Of a stretch of 64,000 nt of DNA, positions 1 to 13,139 are shown one piece after another; positions within the stretch are counted from its first letter, which is position 1, and the number at the start of each line of letters is the position of its first letter. Source of the stretch: Octopus vulgaris (taxonomy: Eukaryota); NCBI GenBank assembly GCA_951406725.2, contig OX597827.1:83204001-83268000 (forward strand). The letters run 5' to 3'. Position numbers and translations under genes: made by a program. The notes under the pieces are model-generated. The model ran no database searches. It was not told the origin of the DNA and was given only the letters and a program-made list of their open reading frames with translations.

Positions 1-700
1 ACCGGAAAGTTCTTAAGATCCAGGAACTCATCCTACGAGCTATATCGACCTTAGTGTTGATGTGGGCACTCCAACTGAGATCGTCATCAACAATTACACC
101 CAGATCTCTGATATTGTTAGAGGCTGTGAGCGGTTCCCCTGAAGAAAGAGAGTATGGCTGTTTTAGAGAGGAATTTCTTCCAAAATCCATCAGCTCAAAT
201 TTTCCCTCGTTCAGTTGCATTTTGTTTCTGTCTGCCCATTGACTCACAGCATATAGATCAGACAGGAGTTGAGTTCGGTCTGCTTCTTCATTGATGATTT
301 GCTGGAGCTTAGTGTCATCAGCAAATATTTTCACTTTGCAGTAATGTACGACACTGGAAAGGTCGCTTATGTAAATTATAAAGAGTAGCGGGCCCAAGAC
401 AGTCCCCTGGGGGACACCGCTGGTGACTTTTGCTTGGCTTGAGTGGACTCCATCAACTACATGTTGTGTTCTATTCGCCAGGAAATACTTAATCCAGTGT
501 AGAAGTTTTCCACGGATTCCAACATTTGCCAATTTTGAGAGTAGGATATTATGGTCAACCCTGTCGAACGCTTTACTGAAGTCAAGATATATGACATCAG
601 AGTTCGAACCTGTTCCCAAGGCTTTGAGTATATCTTCAATGTGGTGATTTGCATTTAGGAGTTTGTGGGTCTCCAGGAAGTCAGCTATCCTTGATCTTAA
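1..700 (-). mobile_element. CR1/L2-group LINE reverse transcriptase fragment (continues past window start)
   Basis: Minus-strand translation gives [47 protein letters not shown] and RDLGVIVDDDLSWSAHINTKVDIARRMSSWILRTFR. The QHGFR..SCLTQLL block seen in the 52-kb copy is missing. Bounded by (TA)n at 700. Confidence 0.93.
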
Positions 701-704
701 TATA

Positions 705-761
<57 letters not shown>

Positions 762-845
762 AAGGGTGGAAAGGAACACACGAGTAGATATATATGAAAA
801 AACAAGTCAAAAATAGAAAATGCTAAGATGATTTTATAGTGAATC

Positions 846-889
846 TTTCAGTACCGGTTTCGGTCATTTTAAGACCTTTTCAACTGTAA
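846..889 (-). ncRNA. Minimal type-I hammerhead ribozyme motif (U3-A8 variant), left-arm copy
   Basis: Reverse complement of the motif at 1138-1181. Confidence 0.65.
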
Positions 890-1137
890 CGATTAAATAA
901 TTAAATTTAGAAAAATTAGAAGAAAAGTTTTTTTAAAAGAATATTTCTGTAGTAGTGTTCAGATATAAGTAGCATTCTGCCTTTCTCTGACTCCCTTGTT
1001 TGCACGACCTCGAACACACAAGTGCAAACAAGGGAGTCAGAGAAAGGCAGAATGCTACTTATATCTGAACACTACTACAGAAATATTCTTTTAAAAAAAC
1101 TTTTCTTCTAATTTTTCTAAATTTAATTATTTAATCG

Positions 1138-1181
1138 TTACAGTTGAAAAGGTCTCAAAATGACCGAAACCGGTACTGAAA
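1138..1181 (+). ncRNA. Minimal type-I hammerhead ribozyme motif (U3-A8 variant)
   Basis: ttacag-TTGAAAA-ggtc(tcaaaat)gacc-GAAA-ccgg-TA-ctgaaa: stems I and II present, palindromic ACCGGT stem III, GUA cleavage triplet. Confidence 0.68.
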
Positions 1182-1265
1182 GATTCACTATAAAATCATC
1201 TTAGCATTTTCTATTTTTGACTTATTTTTTCATATATATCAACTCGTGTGTTCCTTTCCACCCTT

Positions 1266-1321
<56 letters not shown>

Positions 1322-1322
<1 letters not shown>

Positions 1323-1484
1323 TACGACAGGCTTCTTTCAGTTTCCGTCTACCAAATCCACTCACAAGGCATTGGTCGGCCCGGGGCTATAGCAGAAGAC
1401 ACTTACCCAAGATGCCACGCAGTGGGACTGAACCCGGAACAATGTGGTTGGTAGCAAGCTACTTACCACACAACCACTCCTCCG

Positions 1485-1488
<4 letters not shown>
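1322..1488 (-). mobile_element. tRNA-derived SINE, 5' part
   Basis: Minus strand has A-box-like tggttgtgtggt and B-box-like ggttcagtcc. Related copies at 20670-20830, 35770-35930, 45720-45870 and 49015-49115. Confidence 0.8.
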
Positions 1489-1547
<59 letters not shown>

Positions 1548-1656
1548 CATATATATATATAACATATATAATATATATATATAAAACATATATATAATAT
1601 ATATATAAAACATATATAATATATATATAACATATATATAAATAATATATATATAA

Positions 1657-1696
<40 letters not shown>

Positions 1697-1755
1697 ATAT
1701 ATATATATAAAACATATATATAATATATGTAACATATATAGATATAATAAATATA

Positions 1756-1798
<43 letters not shown>

Positions 1799-1972
1799 TA
1801 TATAAACAACATATATATATATATATATAATATATATATATAAACAACATATATATATATATAACATATATAATTAACATATATATAATATATATATAAC
1901 ATATATAAATAACATATATATAATATATATATAACATATATAAATAACATATATATAACATATATAAATAAC
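1489..1972. repeat. Complex TA-rich satellite (aacatatata-type units)
   Basis: Read directly; accounts for the YI-rich ORFs. Confidence 0.95.
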
Positions 1973-2353
1973 ATCTGTTCATGAAGAGAATGAACGAACG
2001 TACTGAAATTAAATATTTAGCTACAGTAATAGGCGCGTGTGTGTGTCCATGTGTTTGTGTGACAGACCAACCGATCAAACTCTTATTGCTTTATACACCC
2101 GTACATATATATTCTTTCTAAACTATACTGTATTCTTCAATTCCCCTCTTCTTTTCTTTCTCCCACCTCTACCACATTCACCCACATTTCACACCGATCA
2201 CACACCCATACCTGACTCCTTACAAGGATACTCTCGTAAACATGAACATACTTCCCCGATTCTTCCTGCCTTCCAAACTCATCTCCATAGAATTGCATTC
2301 CCACACGGCAGCTAAATGTCTTCCTTTCATTCCACCTCCTTCCTTTCTTTTAC

Positions 2354-2393
2354 GTTTTTCTGATAAAGGACCTGCGTCCGAAACGTTACAGAC
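2354..2393 (+). ncRNA. Degenerate minimal hammerhead motif (G8A), probably a Penelope-like 3' end
   Basis: CTGATAA-a-ggac(ctgc)gtcc-GAAA-cgtTA with palindromic AACGTT; stem I is poorly paired. Confidence 0.45.
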
Positions 2394-2895
2394 CCTTTCC
2401 CTTTCCTTTCAAGCATTAGACTAATAAGATATTGGTTAAAACTTGTCCCTCTTGTGTTTCCTCTTGTTTTTGCTCGTTCATTATATGTGGTGTATGGGTG
2501 TGGGTACATCCTCTACAGGCGAAGATAATTTTAATAAATTAAGAATATATATTGTATGGTACTTGATATAGCTGTATTTGTCTATGCTGTTCAAACACAT
2601 GCGACGGCTATTCCTAGAAGATAAATGTTTTCTACACCTTTTTTGCATAAGTCTTTCTTTTACAGGAGATAATGTTGTGCAATAGTCGTGCTAATGACGG
2701 CGACTGAACTAGAAACACCTGTCCTCTTCTCTCTATATGATAAGCCTGTCTTTCCCGTAAGGAGATGTCAGTTTTGGAGAACACTTGATTCTTGGGTAAT
2801 TTTCCATTCTTAAGAGGAGCTGCCTTAACTGGCATTTGGTAATTATGATACATAAAGCGGCGGAGATAATTTTGATAAATCAAGTATTTAGAGGT

Positions 2896-4445
<1,550 letters not shown>

Positions 4446-4789
4446 TGCATGCATGTATGTATGTATGTACGTACGTACACATACTAAAGCGCATCCTAAT
4501 AGGCAAATCAAGAAACATGTATTTTATATAGACGTAAATTTTGTGCATTGAGCTCTCGTAACAACAGGAACAGGATAGAAACAGACGATGTGATAACTGT
4601 TTCATTAGAGGGATTAAGGTACATTCACAGGCGCGCCCGAGACCGCACACACACATGTATATACAGACACATGATTGTGTTAGTGTGTGTATAAAATATA
4701 TGCATATATGTATATGCATATATACACGCATAAGTGTATTGTGTATATATACACATACATTTATATCCATGTATATACGTGAGTGTGTA

Positions 4790-4830
<41 letters not shown>

Positions 4831-4972
4831 GCATGTATGTATGTATACACGTATATATATGCACTTGCAAATACACACGTGTATGTATGTATCTATTCCA
4901 CTGAATGTATTCATAACCATATATAAAAACACATGTACATACATCTATACACACACACAAACACCCACATAC

Positions 4973-5019
<47 letters not shown>

Positions 5020-5022
<3 letters not shown>

Positions 5023-5144
5023 GGTGTCCCAAAAAATGTATACACATAGTGGTTCGGCAAAAGAGAACGATAGAATAAGTACTAGGCTTACAAAGAATAA
5101 CAAATTTACAATTATTTAAGGTGTGTATACATTTTTTGGGGGGC

Positions 5145-5150
<6 letters not shown>
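5020..5150. mobile_element. Tc1/mariner-type MITE inserted in (TA)n
   Basis: TIRs cagggtgtcccaaaaaatgtatacaca / tgtgtatacattttttggggggcaccct, flanked by TA. Confidence 0.85.
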
Positions 5151-5192
<42 letters not shown>

Positions 5193-5313
5193 TTTAGTGT
5201 TCCTGAAGCATTGTCTGACGCGTATGTGTTATGAGAAATAAAACAAGTCGATGGTTTGTACATTTTACCTTGTATTTCAGAGAAATGGTTTTGACAACAC
5301 AAATTTCCCGAAG

Positions 5314-5350
5314 ATTTCCTGAAGAGGTCCTAACCCCGAAATATCGAAAT
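5314..5350 (+). ncRNA. Minimal type-I hammerhead ribozyme motif
   Basis: atttc-CTGAAGA-gg(tcctaacc)cc-GAAA-ta-TC-gaaat: perfect 5-bp stem I, intact core, weak stem II, ATAT palindromic stem III. Confidence 0.6.
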
Positions 5351-5548
5351 ATCAAGTAAAAGTACAAACCATCAACTCGTAGTATTTCTTATAACTTGCA
5401 TTGTTTTGGCTTTAGAAAACGAATTTTAAACATATAATCATGTCTATGAATGTGTGCGTGTTCGAATACATTTGTGTGTACGTGTGTATATACACATATA
5501 CATATATAAAATGTGTGTGTGTGTGTATATACACACACACACACACAC

Positions 5549-5601
<53 letters not shown>

Positions 5602-6054
5602 GCATGTATGTCTGTACGTATGTAAATCTTATATATACATGTATACAGATGCCCATACACGCGCATCGGTGTGTCACGTAGGCCCACTTAATATTCCTTT
5701 TTCTTTTTCCCTTGTGTTCTTGCTGAATCTGGACAAGGGAGCACTTCTTTGCACACCTGAGACTGGTGTGATTGAAACCGTTAATACTCTGTCTGCAGTG
5801 TCGCATACCAGCATCTGCAAGAAAGCTCTGACGAGAGAAATGATTTCAGAGCACCGAATATCTGGCGATGAAGGGTTGTGCACAGGACTGAATGCAGCAA
5901 TCAGCGAGTTAGATCCAGGGAGACGAATGGCTCGATGTTGTTTGAATGATGGGGTACCGTCCGACCAGCTAGTGTGCATGTGTGTGTGTGTGTGTGTGTG
6001 TATGTGTGTGTGTATGTGTGTGTGTGTGTACACACACACACAAACACATCTATA

Positions 6055-6245
6055 TCATCATCATCATCATTTAGTGTCTGTTTTCCATGGTAGCATAGGT
6101 TAGACGTTTGTCTGGGACTGGTAAACCAGAGAGCTGCACCAGGCTCCAGTCTGATTTGACTTGGTTTCTACAGCTGGATGCCCTCCCTAATAGCAACCAC
6201 TCCACGAGTGCAGTGAGTGTCTTTCACGTGTCACCGGCACCGGTG
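6055..6245 (-). mobile_element. SINE-like repeat ending in (GAT)n (aggaagggcatccagc family)
   Basis: Diverged reverse-complement match to 47725-47915, 54345-54520 and 60945-61115. Confidence 0.8.
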
Positions 6246-6277
6246 CCTCTCACGTGTCACACAAACACACACGCAGA

Positions 6278-6790
6278 GAGAACAGGGGAGAAAGATGTGC
6301 AGAAGAAAAGAACCACGAACAGCTGCAGTGGTTTGCTTTATACACTTTGCAAACTGGATGATATTAGTTGACCGAGGGAAGTCGCTAAAATGTCCACGAC
6401 ATTTTACTGCAGACTTTGTCGAGACAAGATTTCTAAGGCAACAAAGCAGCTGACCCTATTGGAGTTCACTGTGACTTAGGGGAGGTACTGGAGGACTGAC
6501 TAAAAAAAGGGGGGAGGGGTAAAGAACCAGATGCTTGCCGAAAGAAGTAGGCAATCGAGGGTTCGAAGGTTTTTACCTTAAGTAAGGCCTACGAAACCCT
6601 AGGTATTACGGAAATAAGAAGAATAGCCATCAAAATACCTCAATGAGTTTGGCTGACAACAGGTGATAAGAATATTACTTAGATATGTCGACAGAGTTCG
6701 AGTTACCCAGACGAAGGTGTATGTTGTGGGACCTGAAACACTCAATGGCTCCTGGATACAACACCGACGAAGGGTTCAAATACTACATCC
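6278..6790 (+). mobile_element. 3' end of a HERO-like REL-endonuclease non-LTR retrotransposon (decayed)
   Basis: Frameshifted motifs RTGEK, ANWMILVDRGKSLKCPRH, ISKATKQLTLLEFTV, RCLPKEVGNRGF and LSKAYETLGIT resemble the HERO-clade C-terminus as I recall it (RAGEK, DW..VDL, LLELTVPWE, PVEVGCRGF, LGI). Confidence 0.75.
6715..6777 (+). ncRNA. Candidate non-circularly permuted hammerhead ribozyme in the LINE 3' UTR
   Basis: Stem III ggtgT(6716-20)/Acact(6738-42); GUA site at 6719-21; stem I tgttgt(6722-27)/acaaca(6758-63); core CCGACGA(6764-70) and GAAA(6735-38); stem II gggacct(6728-34)/agggttc(6771-77). Confidence 0.6.
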
Positions 6791-7715
6791 GTAGATGTAT
6801 GTGAATATGAGTGTGTGTGCGCGTATAAATGTGCTTGTGTACATGGATATAAACTCGTGCATGCTTCTAAGTTTGTGTGTGTATACATTTACATACATAT
6901 ATGCATTGTATAAAACTATACATAGTCACACATACACAAAATCTTAGGTACATATATAGACTTCACACATATAAAACCACACACACAAAGCCACCATACA
7001 ACATATATATATATATATATACACACAAAAAAATTATGAACACACAAAAACATAAATATACGTTTGTATGTGTGCGTATGTATACACATAGACACACACA
7101 CATACATACACAGGTGTGTATATTTATACATGTACTATGTGACCGTGTGTATATGCATTTGCATGTATATATAATCGTATATATGTAAACACACACACAT
7201 GTATAGTTTTTTTTTATACTTGTGTGTTTCAATGTGTAATACAATGTTGGTCGTTTCTACGTGAAACCTTTGTACAACTCCCACCCCCCTCCACACACAC
7301 CAAACAACACAGACAGACACTGCAACATCGTTCACAGAGAGAGTTCGTGCTATTATACAGATTCTTGGGGGTCGAACCAGAGATAAAGGTCTCTCAACCC
7401 TGTAAACACAAATATCATTTCAATTTCCACTTCTTATCCATTCTCTCCATTTACTCCAAATAACATCGTTGGGAGATGCATAAATACCACGCAATCTGAT
7501 CCACCTTGAAACAAATTATCAAGCAATTACACCATCTTGTTATGGGATTGTTACTAGACCAAAGCCAGGATGCCAAGACTGCTTTAAGAAAAAGGAGTGT
7601 TTGCACAATACGTTGACCTTTCACAAATAGCAGTCAAATAACTGTGAAATCATTCTTTGCCACTTTAACAAGGAGGTACTTATTATATATCATATGCATC
7701 TATACATACGCAAAT

Positions 7716-7746
<31 letters not shown>

Positions 7747-8095
7747 CTCACAAGGAGTACTGTTCCTTCCTCCATACAATACTTCTACAATACCTGCCTC
7801 GGGTCCCCAGACTTTGTCCAAGAAAGACTTCAACTCCTCATCAATACACTTGTTCCAAAGATTTTTTTTTTTAAAATTCCAGCGAAACTTAAACTTTTTG
7901 GCGGCTTGTCTGTTGGTTTAATACTGAAACCGAAAAGACAGGAAAAATACCGTCTCCTCGAGGTGTTGGCCATTACGGGTGGAGACAATGTAAGGGTGTT
8001 CACACAGGGTTAGGATAGCATAGGCGTGATAGACATGGAATTGTCATCATATCAAATCAACCACTTAGGCGCGCACGCGCTTTTCCGAAACATCA

Positions 8096-8183
<88 letters not shown>

Positions 8184-8670
8184 GGTGTTCATAATGAAAG
8201 CTAAGAAAGAAACATTAAGAGAAAATTTGGTTTAAAAACCAAAGAGTGCCATGAAATTGAATATTTTCCCGCCTTCTCTTCTAAGTTAAAGTTATGTAAA
8301 ATGTGTGGCATGGACAGGGCAGCCTTGGCCAAGTGACGGCGGTCGCGATGTGGCATTTACTGGCCATAGACAAAAGGGGGAAATATAAACAGTTGTAAAA
8401 CCAAGCGAAAGGATGGGAGCGGTGGAGTTGGAGAAAATTACGGGGAACTGGAAAACATAAAGATTTGTGTGTGCGCGTGCGCGCAACCAAGCCAACATTA
8501 ACACAAATTTAAAATGAAAAAGAAAGTAAAAAATGTAATTTCAAAAACTTAGAAAGAAATATATTAAACAATCTCTGCAGAGTGTATTTCATTGTTGAGA
8601 ATAGACACACACACACACGTGCCTGCCTGTGGATAGCGAAATTTGTGTGTAGTAAATGTATGTGTACCAT

Positions 8671-8727
<57 letters not shown>

Positions 8728-8837
8728 CACACACACATTTTGTTGCGTCATTAGAGACAGTCGCGAGATTCATAGTAACTGAGAGTAATATCAACACAAT
8801 TATATTCTATTTTTCTCCTATGCACACACACACACAC

Positions 8838-8881
<44 letters not shown>

Positions 8882-9014
8882 AAATACGTACGCACACGTA
8901 AATAAGCCGATGCATCACTCTATTGTTCTTTGATTCAAAAAGTATAAACTCTATACCAGATATTGAGTACTCTTTTCTTTCGTTTGTAAACAAAAATCGT
9001 GTGTGTGTGTGTGT

Positions 9015-9063
<49 letters not shown>

Positions 9064-9397
9064 TGTAGATGTAGAAATGTGCAGGTACGATGATGCAGGC
9101 AAGAGAATAAAAAGTGAAAATCAACCAGCAAAAAGCTGTCTCCAAGCCTGATAATTACAGTTCGGTGGAATCGGTATAGTTCAAGTCCATTGGCTCCGTC
9201 CAAAAATCTGTCTGGAAGAGTAAGTAGGAAGAGAGGAAGAGGTGAGCTGGAGAAAGGAGGTGTTGTCTGGTGGCAGCGGAAGGAAAGTATAGTGAATATA
9301 TTAGACAAAAAAGGTGACAGACATTACGACATCACTTGTTTTGTATTGTTGCTGAGACGTCTTTAGATTATTGCTACCGTGTTTAATATTACTCCAC

Positions 9398-9435
<38 letters not shown>

Positions 9436-9460
9436 ATACATACATATATGTGTGTGTGTA

Positions 9461-9529
<69 letters not shown>

Positions 9530-11919
9530 CCTACCACCTCCATCAATGTTAGGTACTTAATAATGCACACACACGCACACAGCCTTACCTTTGTTTTATT
9601 CTAACATACAACAAAACAGCAAAGTACGCTAGACTTGAGATGGCGAAATGCGCGCGCGCGCGTCTGTGTATGTGAATCCCATGGTTAAGCTCGAGAAGTT
9701 TGTAGAAAGAATAATTTTAAGGACTATTTGTGTTAGTGCTCAGTTTCGGCTCGGAACCTCTGACTACACAATCATTTTAGTTTGAGACGGCCGCCAAAGA
9801 GAAGAGGCCGAGTTGAAGGAATGTTTGTAGACGATTGTTAGGGAGCAAAAGGTTGGCCGCTAAGCATGTGGCAAACTGTTTGACTGCTACTGCACTATCT
9901 AGCAGAGTAGCAGCGGCTGCATAAAAGGGTTGCATGGGACTTGAAATACTGATAACGAAAGACTGGCGCAATAAGGCAAAGAAAGATTACGGATGTGTCC
10001 TAGCTGCGCTGGCCAACATATCCGTTTGTCTTATATCTCGTGACCAATGACCATTCCTTTAAGACACGGACACGTTCTGTCCTGCAGTATAATAATCTTG
10101 TAGCAAACTGTGGTGGTGTGGGGTGAAGAGCCATGTAGTGTTGTGGTGTGGGGTATATCAAGTGGTGTGCTGTAGAGTTGCTGCCTAGTGTAGGATGTGG
10201 CAAAGAGTGGTGTGTTGTAGTATTATGGGTGGTATAATGTGACGTAGATACCGCGATGTTATGTGCTTTGAGGAGGTGGGGGTAATATTGTGCAGTGTGT
10301 ATACTTATGGTATTCTACACCTATTACTAACCAGTTTCAGAGACAAGACATACAAATAACAAAACGTAGACACACACACAGAAAAGCGGTTAAATTACAT
10401 ACAACATCCTATGAAATGTGGCTTAGGGTTAATGACTGAAAATAAGGAACAAGGAGAAAGTCACGGGCGTATTTTGCCAATCAACTAACTGAACGTTGCA
10501 TAATAATTATACACACATAGGAATATAATACATATTAGGCCAAGGGGTGTAAATTACACGCGCACGCGCAAAGTACACATACGTACGCGCGCGCGGAATG
10601 TGTGTGTGAGACGATACAGTTGTTACTAATTGGTCATCTTTAATAAAAAAAATTAATGTGTCTGAAAGTGATTTCGTCAACGATCTTACAACTCCCCCTC
10701 CGCCCACCTCTTTCTTCTTCTCTCAGGAATACACTATACTGAGACGCATTACGGAAGCGAAGGTGGAGCATCTTGGTGGTCAGAGATCAGTCAGATATGA
10801 CAGCTAAATCGCCCTCAAATTATACTCGATCGTCTAATAAGAAAGAAACTATATTCGATAAAATGACGGCATGGCCACAATTGGAACGTCCTTTCATCAT
10901 AAATCTATTCCATCAAGGATGACCTGGGGTTACAACACTGACGTTGCATTATTATCAAATGTCTGATCCACTGGAACGGCTTTCTGACACAACTTCACTC
11001 TAAGCTAAATGTGTGTGTGTGTGTGTACGTGTACACACACACTTCTCTGATGATGTATAACAATTTGGACGGCTGCCTACCTTTTTAACGTTTGCTTTCA
11101 GAGAGAGAGAGAGAAAGAGAGAGAGAGAATGCGCGCGTGTGTGTGTGTGTGTGTTGCTAGGGGTTGGGTGTCAGTGTAAACTATCCCGTCACAGACAGAA
11201 ACTAATCGATATGTCTGAAGGAGAGAAATATTACAAAGAGAGACAGCAGACAAAGACAACCGTAGCCAGCCGACGACGACGACGACGACGACGACTATTA
11301 CATGCCTGCCGTCGCCCTCCTCCTCCTCCTCCTCCTCATTTCTATGTGATAATTATTTATAGACTCGCAGTTATACGTTTATCATAGCAGAACCACATAA
11401 CTGCACAGAGACAGTCTGCGGATTGAACACAGAGGCACACAGTTTCACAATGTCATTTTTACACTTCTATTTGCACTTCAAATGATGGACAATGTACAAC
11501 TTCGTCTGAAGTTTTATTACAAATATAGAATTTTAGAGAGGGGGGAGACGCATGCATGCATGTATGTGTGTGTGTGCGTGTCGTGAATGTATTACCTGCG
11601 TATACGTAGCGCGCGCGCACTGTTCTTTGGTTTTCTTTAGCAAAAACTAAGGCCATGCTAACATTTTCTTGTCTTTTGTGTGGTATCCGTATCTATCCAG
11701 ATATCATGAGTATTACTCAGTGTTTTTCTTTTCTTTTTTTTTTTTTCTGTTGTTTTTCCCCCAGCCTGTAGGGGACCATCTGTCTGGACTGAAAGTGCAA
11801 CGTATGATATTCTTTTAGATTGATTTCATGACCCCATCGACACCTTAATATTTGGCATACATTAAAACCCACATTAACAAAGCCTTGCTGCGGAGGAGCA
11901 CAATAGGAATCCGGGACCA

Positions 11920-12870
11920 CTCGGCAGACAAAAACAGGCAATGCTCTCTAACACTTGAGAAACTACTAACCATTTTTTTTTACTTATTTACTTGCTGAGT
12001 CTGGAGGAAGGTGGTGCCCACAGCCTTTGAAAACCCTTCAAGACCAATGAGATTGATGCTATTAATGATCTTCTTGAACAAGAAAGGTATGAGAAGGTAG
12101 GGAATTCGAGAGGCTAAATATTCTGGGAAGAAAGTCTACAAGGTGTACTGATTAGTGGTGGACCTGAGAAGGTTGGACACAACAAGAATGGTAAGAGGAG
12201 AAAAGACAAGTGGGTCGGGAATCCCTAAGCATCTTTAGATAAAAGATTGCACACCTGAAGGCCAGAAGTCAGAGCATGTCTGTGAATGACTTTATGCCAC
12301 TCGCTCTGATGGCCCTTTTCTTGATGTGGTACAGGATGTGTCTGTGTCTGTAGCAACAACACCATTCTAGATGTGAGAGCAACACTCCAGTGTGGGCCTC
12401 ATTTCAGCTTAGTGAAGTGTCACTACTTACTATGGGAAGAAGTATCTTCTGTCCCTGAAGTGAGAGACCAGCCATTGGAATTTGATCTTAGCTATGTTTA
12501 TAGATAGGCTTTCAACAGGAGAGATCCTCACAGACAGAGACGTTTAACATTTGAAGTGATTGTAATGATTCTACTTACATACTGCTCATCATTGAGTGGG
12601 ACATGGTTTGATGATGTTGTCTTGGTATGAGTAATGTTTGTGTTTTGTTGCCGTTGAAAGACACTAGACTGACATATCCCCCGTTTGAAGATGCTTTTGA
12701 GAACTTTGTTAACAGAATTAGTGTGAGTTTGGTGGGTGGTGTCTAGGTTGCATGTAGATGGTGCATAGTTGGGGACGGTTAGGCGGGAATGAAAGCTCTA
12801 GTGTCATCTGCCTAAGAATGAATGATGCTGGTTGCTGCAGTAAGTCATTGATACAAAGAGAGTTGTCCTA
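11920..12870 (-). mobile_element. Old L2/Jockey-group LINE RT and 3' remnant
   Basis: Minus strand HS*ADDT (~12800-12820) and RPTLECCSHI*NG (~12365-12400); many stops. Confidence 0.7.
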
Positions 12871-12899
12871 ATCTTGTGCATTTGCAAACGCCTGTTTTA

Positions 12900-12963
<64 letters not shown>

Positions 12964-12993
12964 CTTGTGTGTATCTATACACACACATACAGA

Positions 12994-13139
12994 TTTACAG
13001 GAACAGATACAAATAAATTTTGCCTTTTTAAATATCTAAACTGACTCTTCCATGATGTAGCGCGCGCACACTACATCGTTGGAGAGTCACTTTAGCTATT
13101 TAAGAAGATATAAAATCTGTTGTATTCGATTCCCATAAA
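12994..13139. repeat. Imperfect ~145-bp hairpin (MITE-like foldback)
   Basis: ttaaatatctaaactgactcttccatgatgtag / ctacatcgttggagagtcactttagctatttaa around a 10-nt loop, with weaker outer arms. Confidence 0.7.

Larger units (their letters stand above)
757..1270. mobile_element. Foldback element (249-bp inverted arms, 16-nt loop) within (TA)n, carrying hammerhead motifs; Penelope-like pLTR derivative
   Basis: 757-1005 is the reverse complement of 1022-1270 with 3 mismatches seen; loop gacctcgaacacacaa. Family assignment is inferred from the hammerhead type. Confidence 0.85.

Noticed and set aside
2518-2890. ~30-bp imperfect direct repeats (ggcgaagataatttt / ggcggagataatttt) as possible LTR ends
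   Set aside because: Too short and AT-rich, with no TG..CA ends or TSD.
6708-6751. Alternative ordinary type-I hammerhead reading (CAGACGA-aggt..acct-GAAA)
   Set aside because: Needs U4A and has poor stems I and III; the permuted fold explains the sequence much better.
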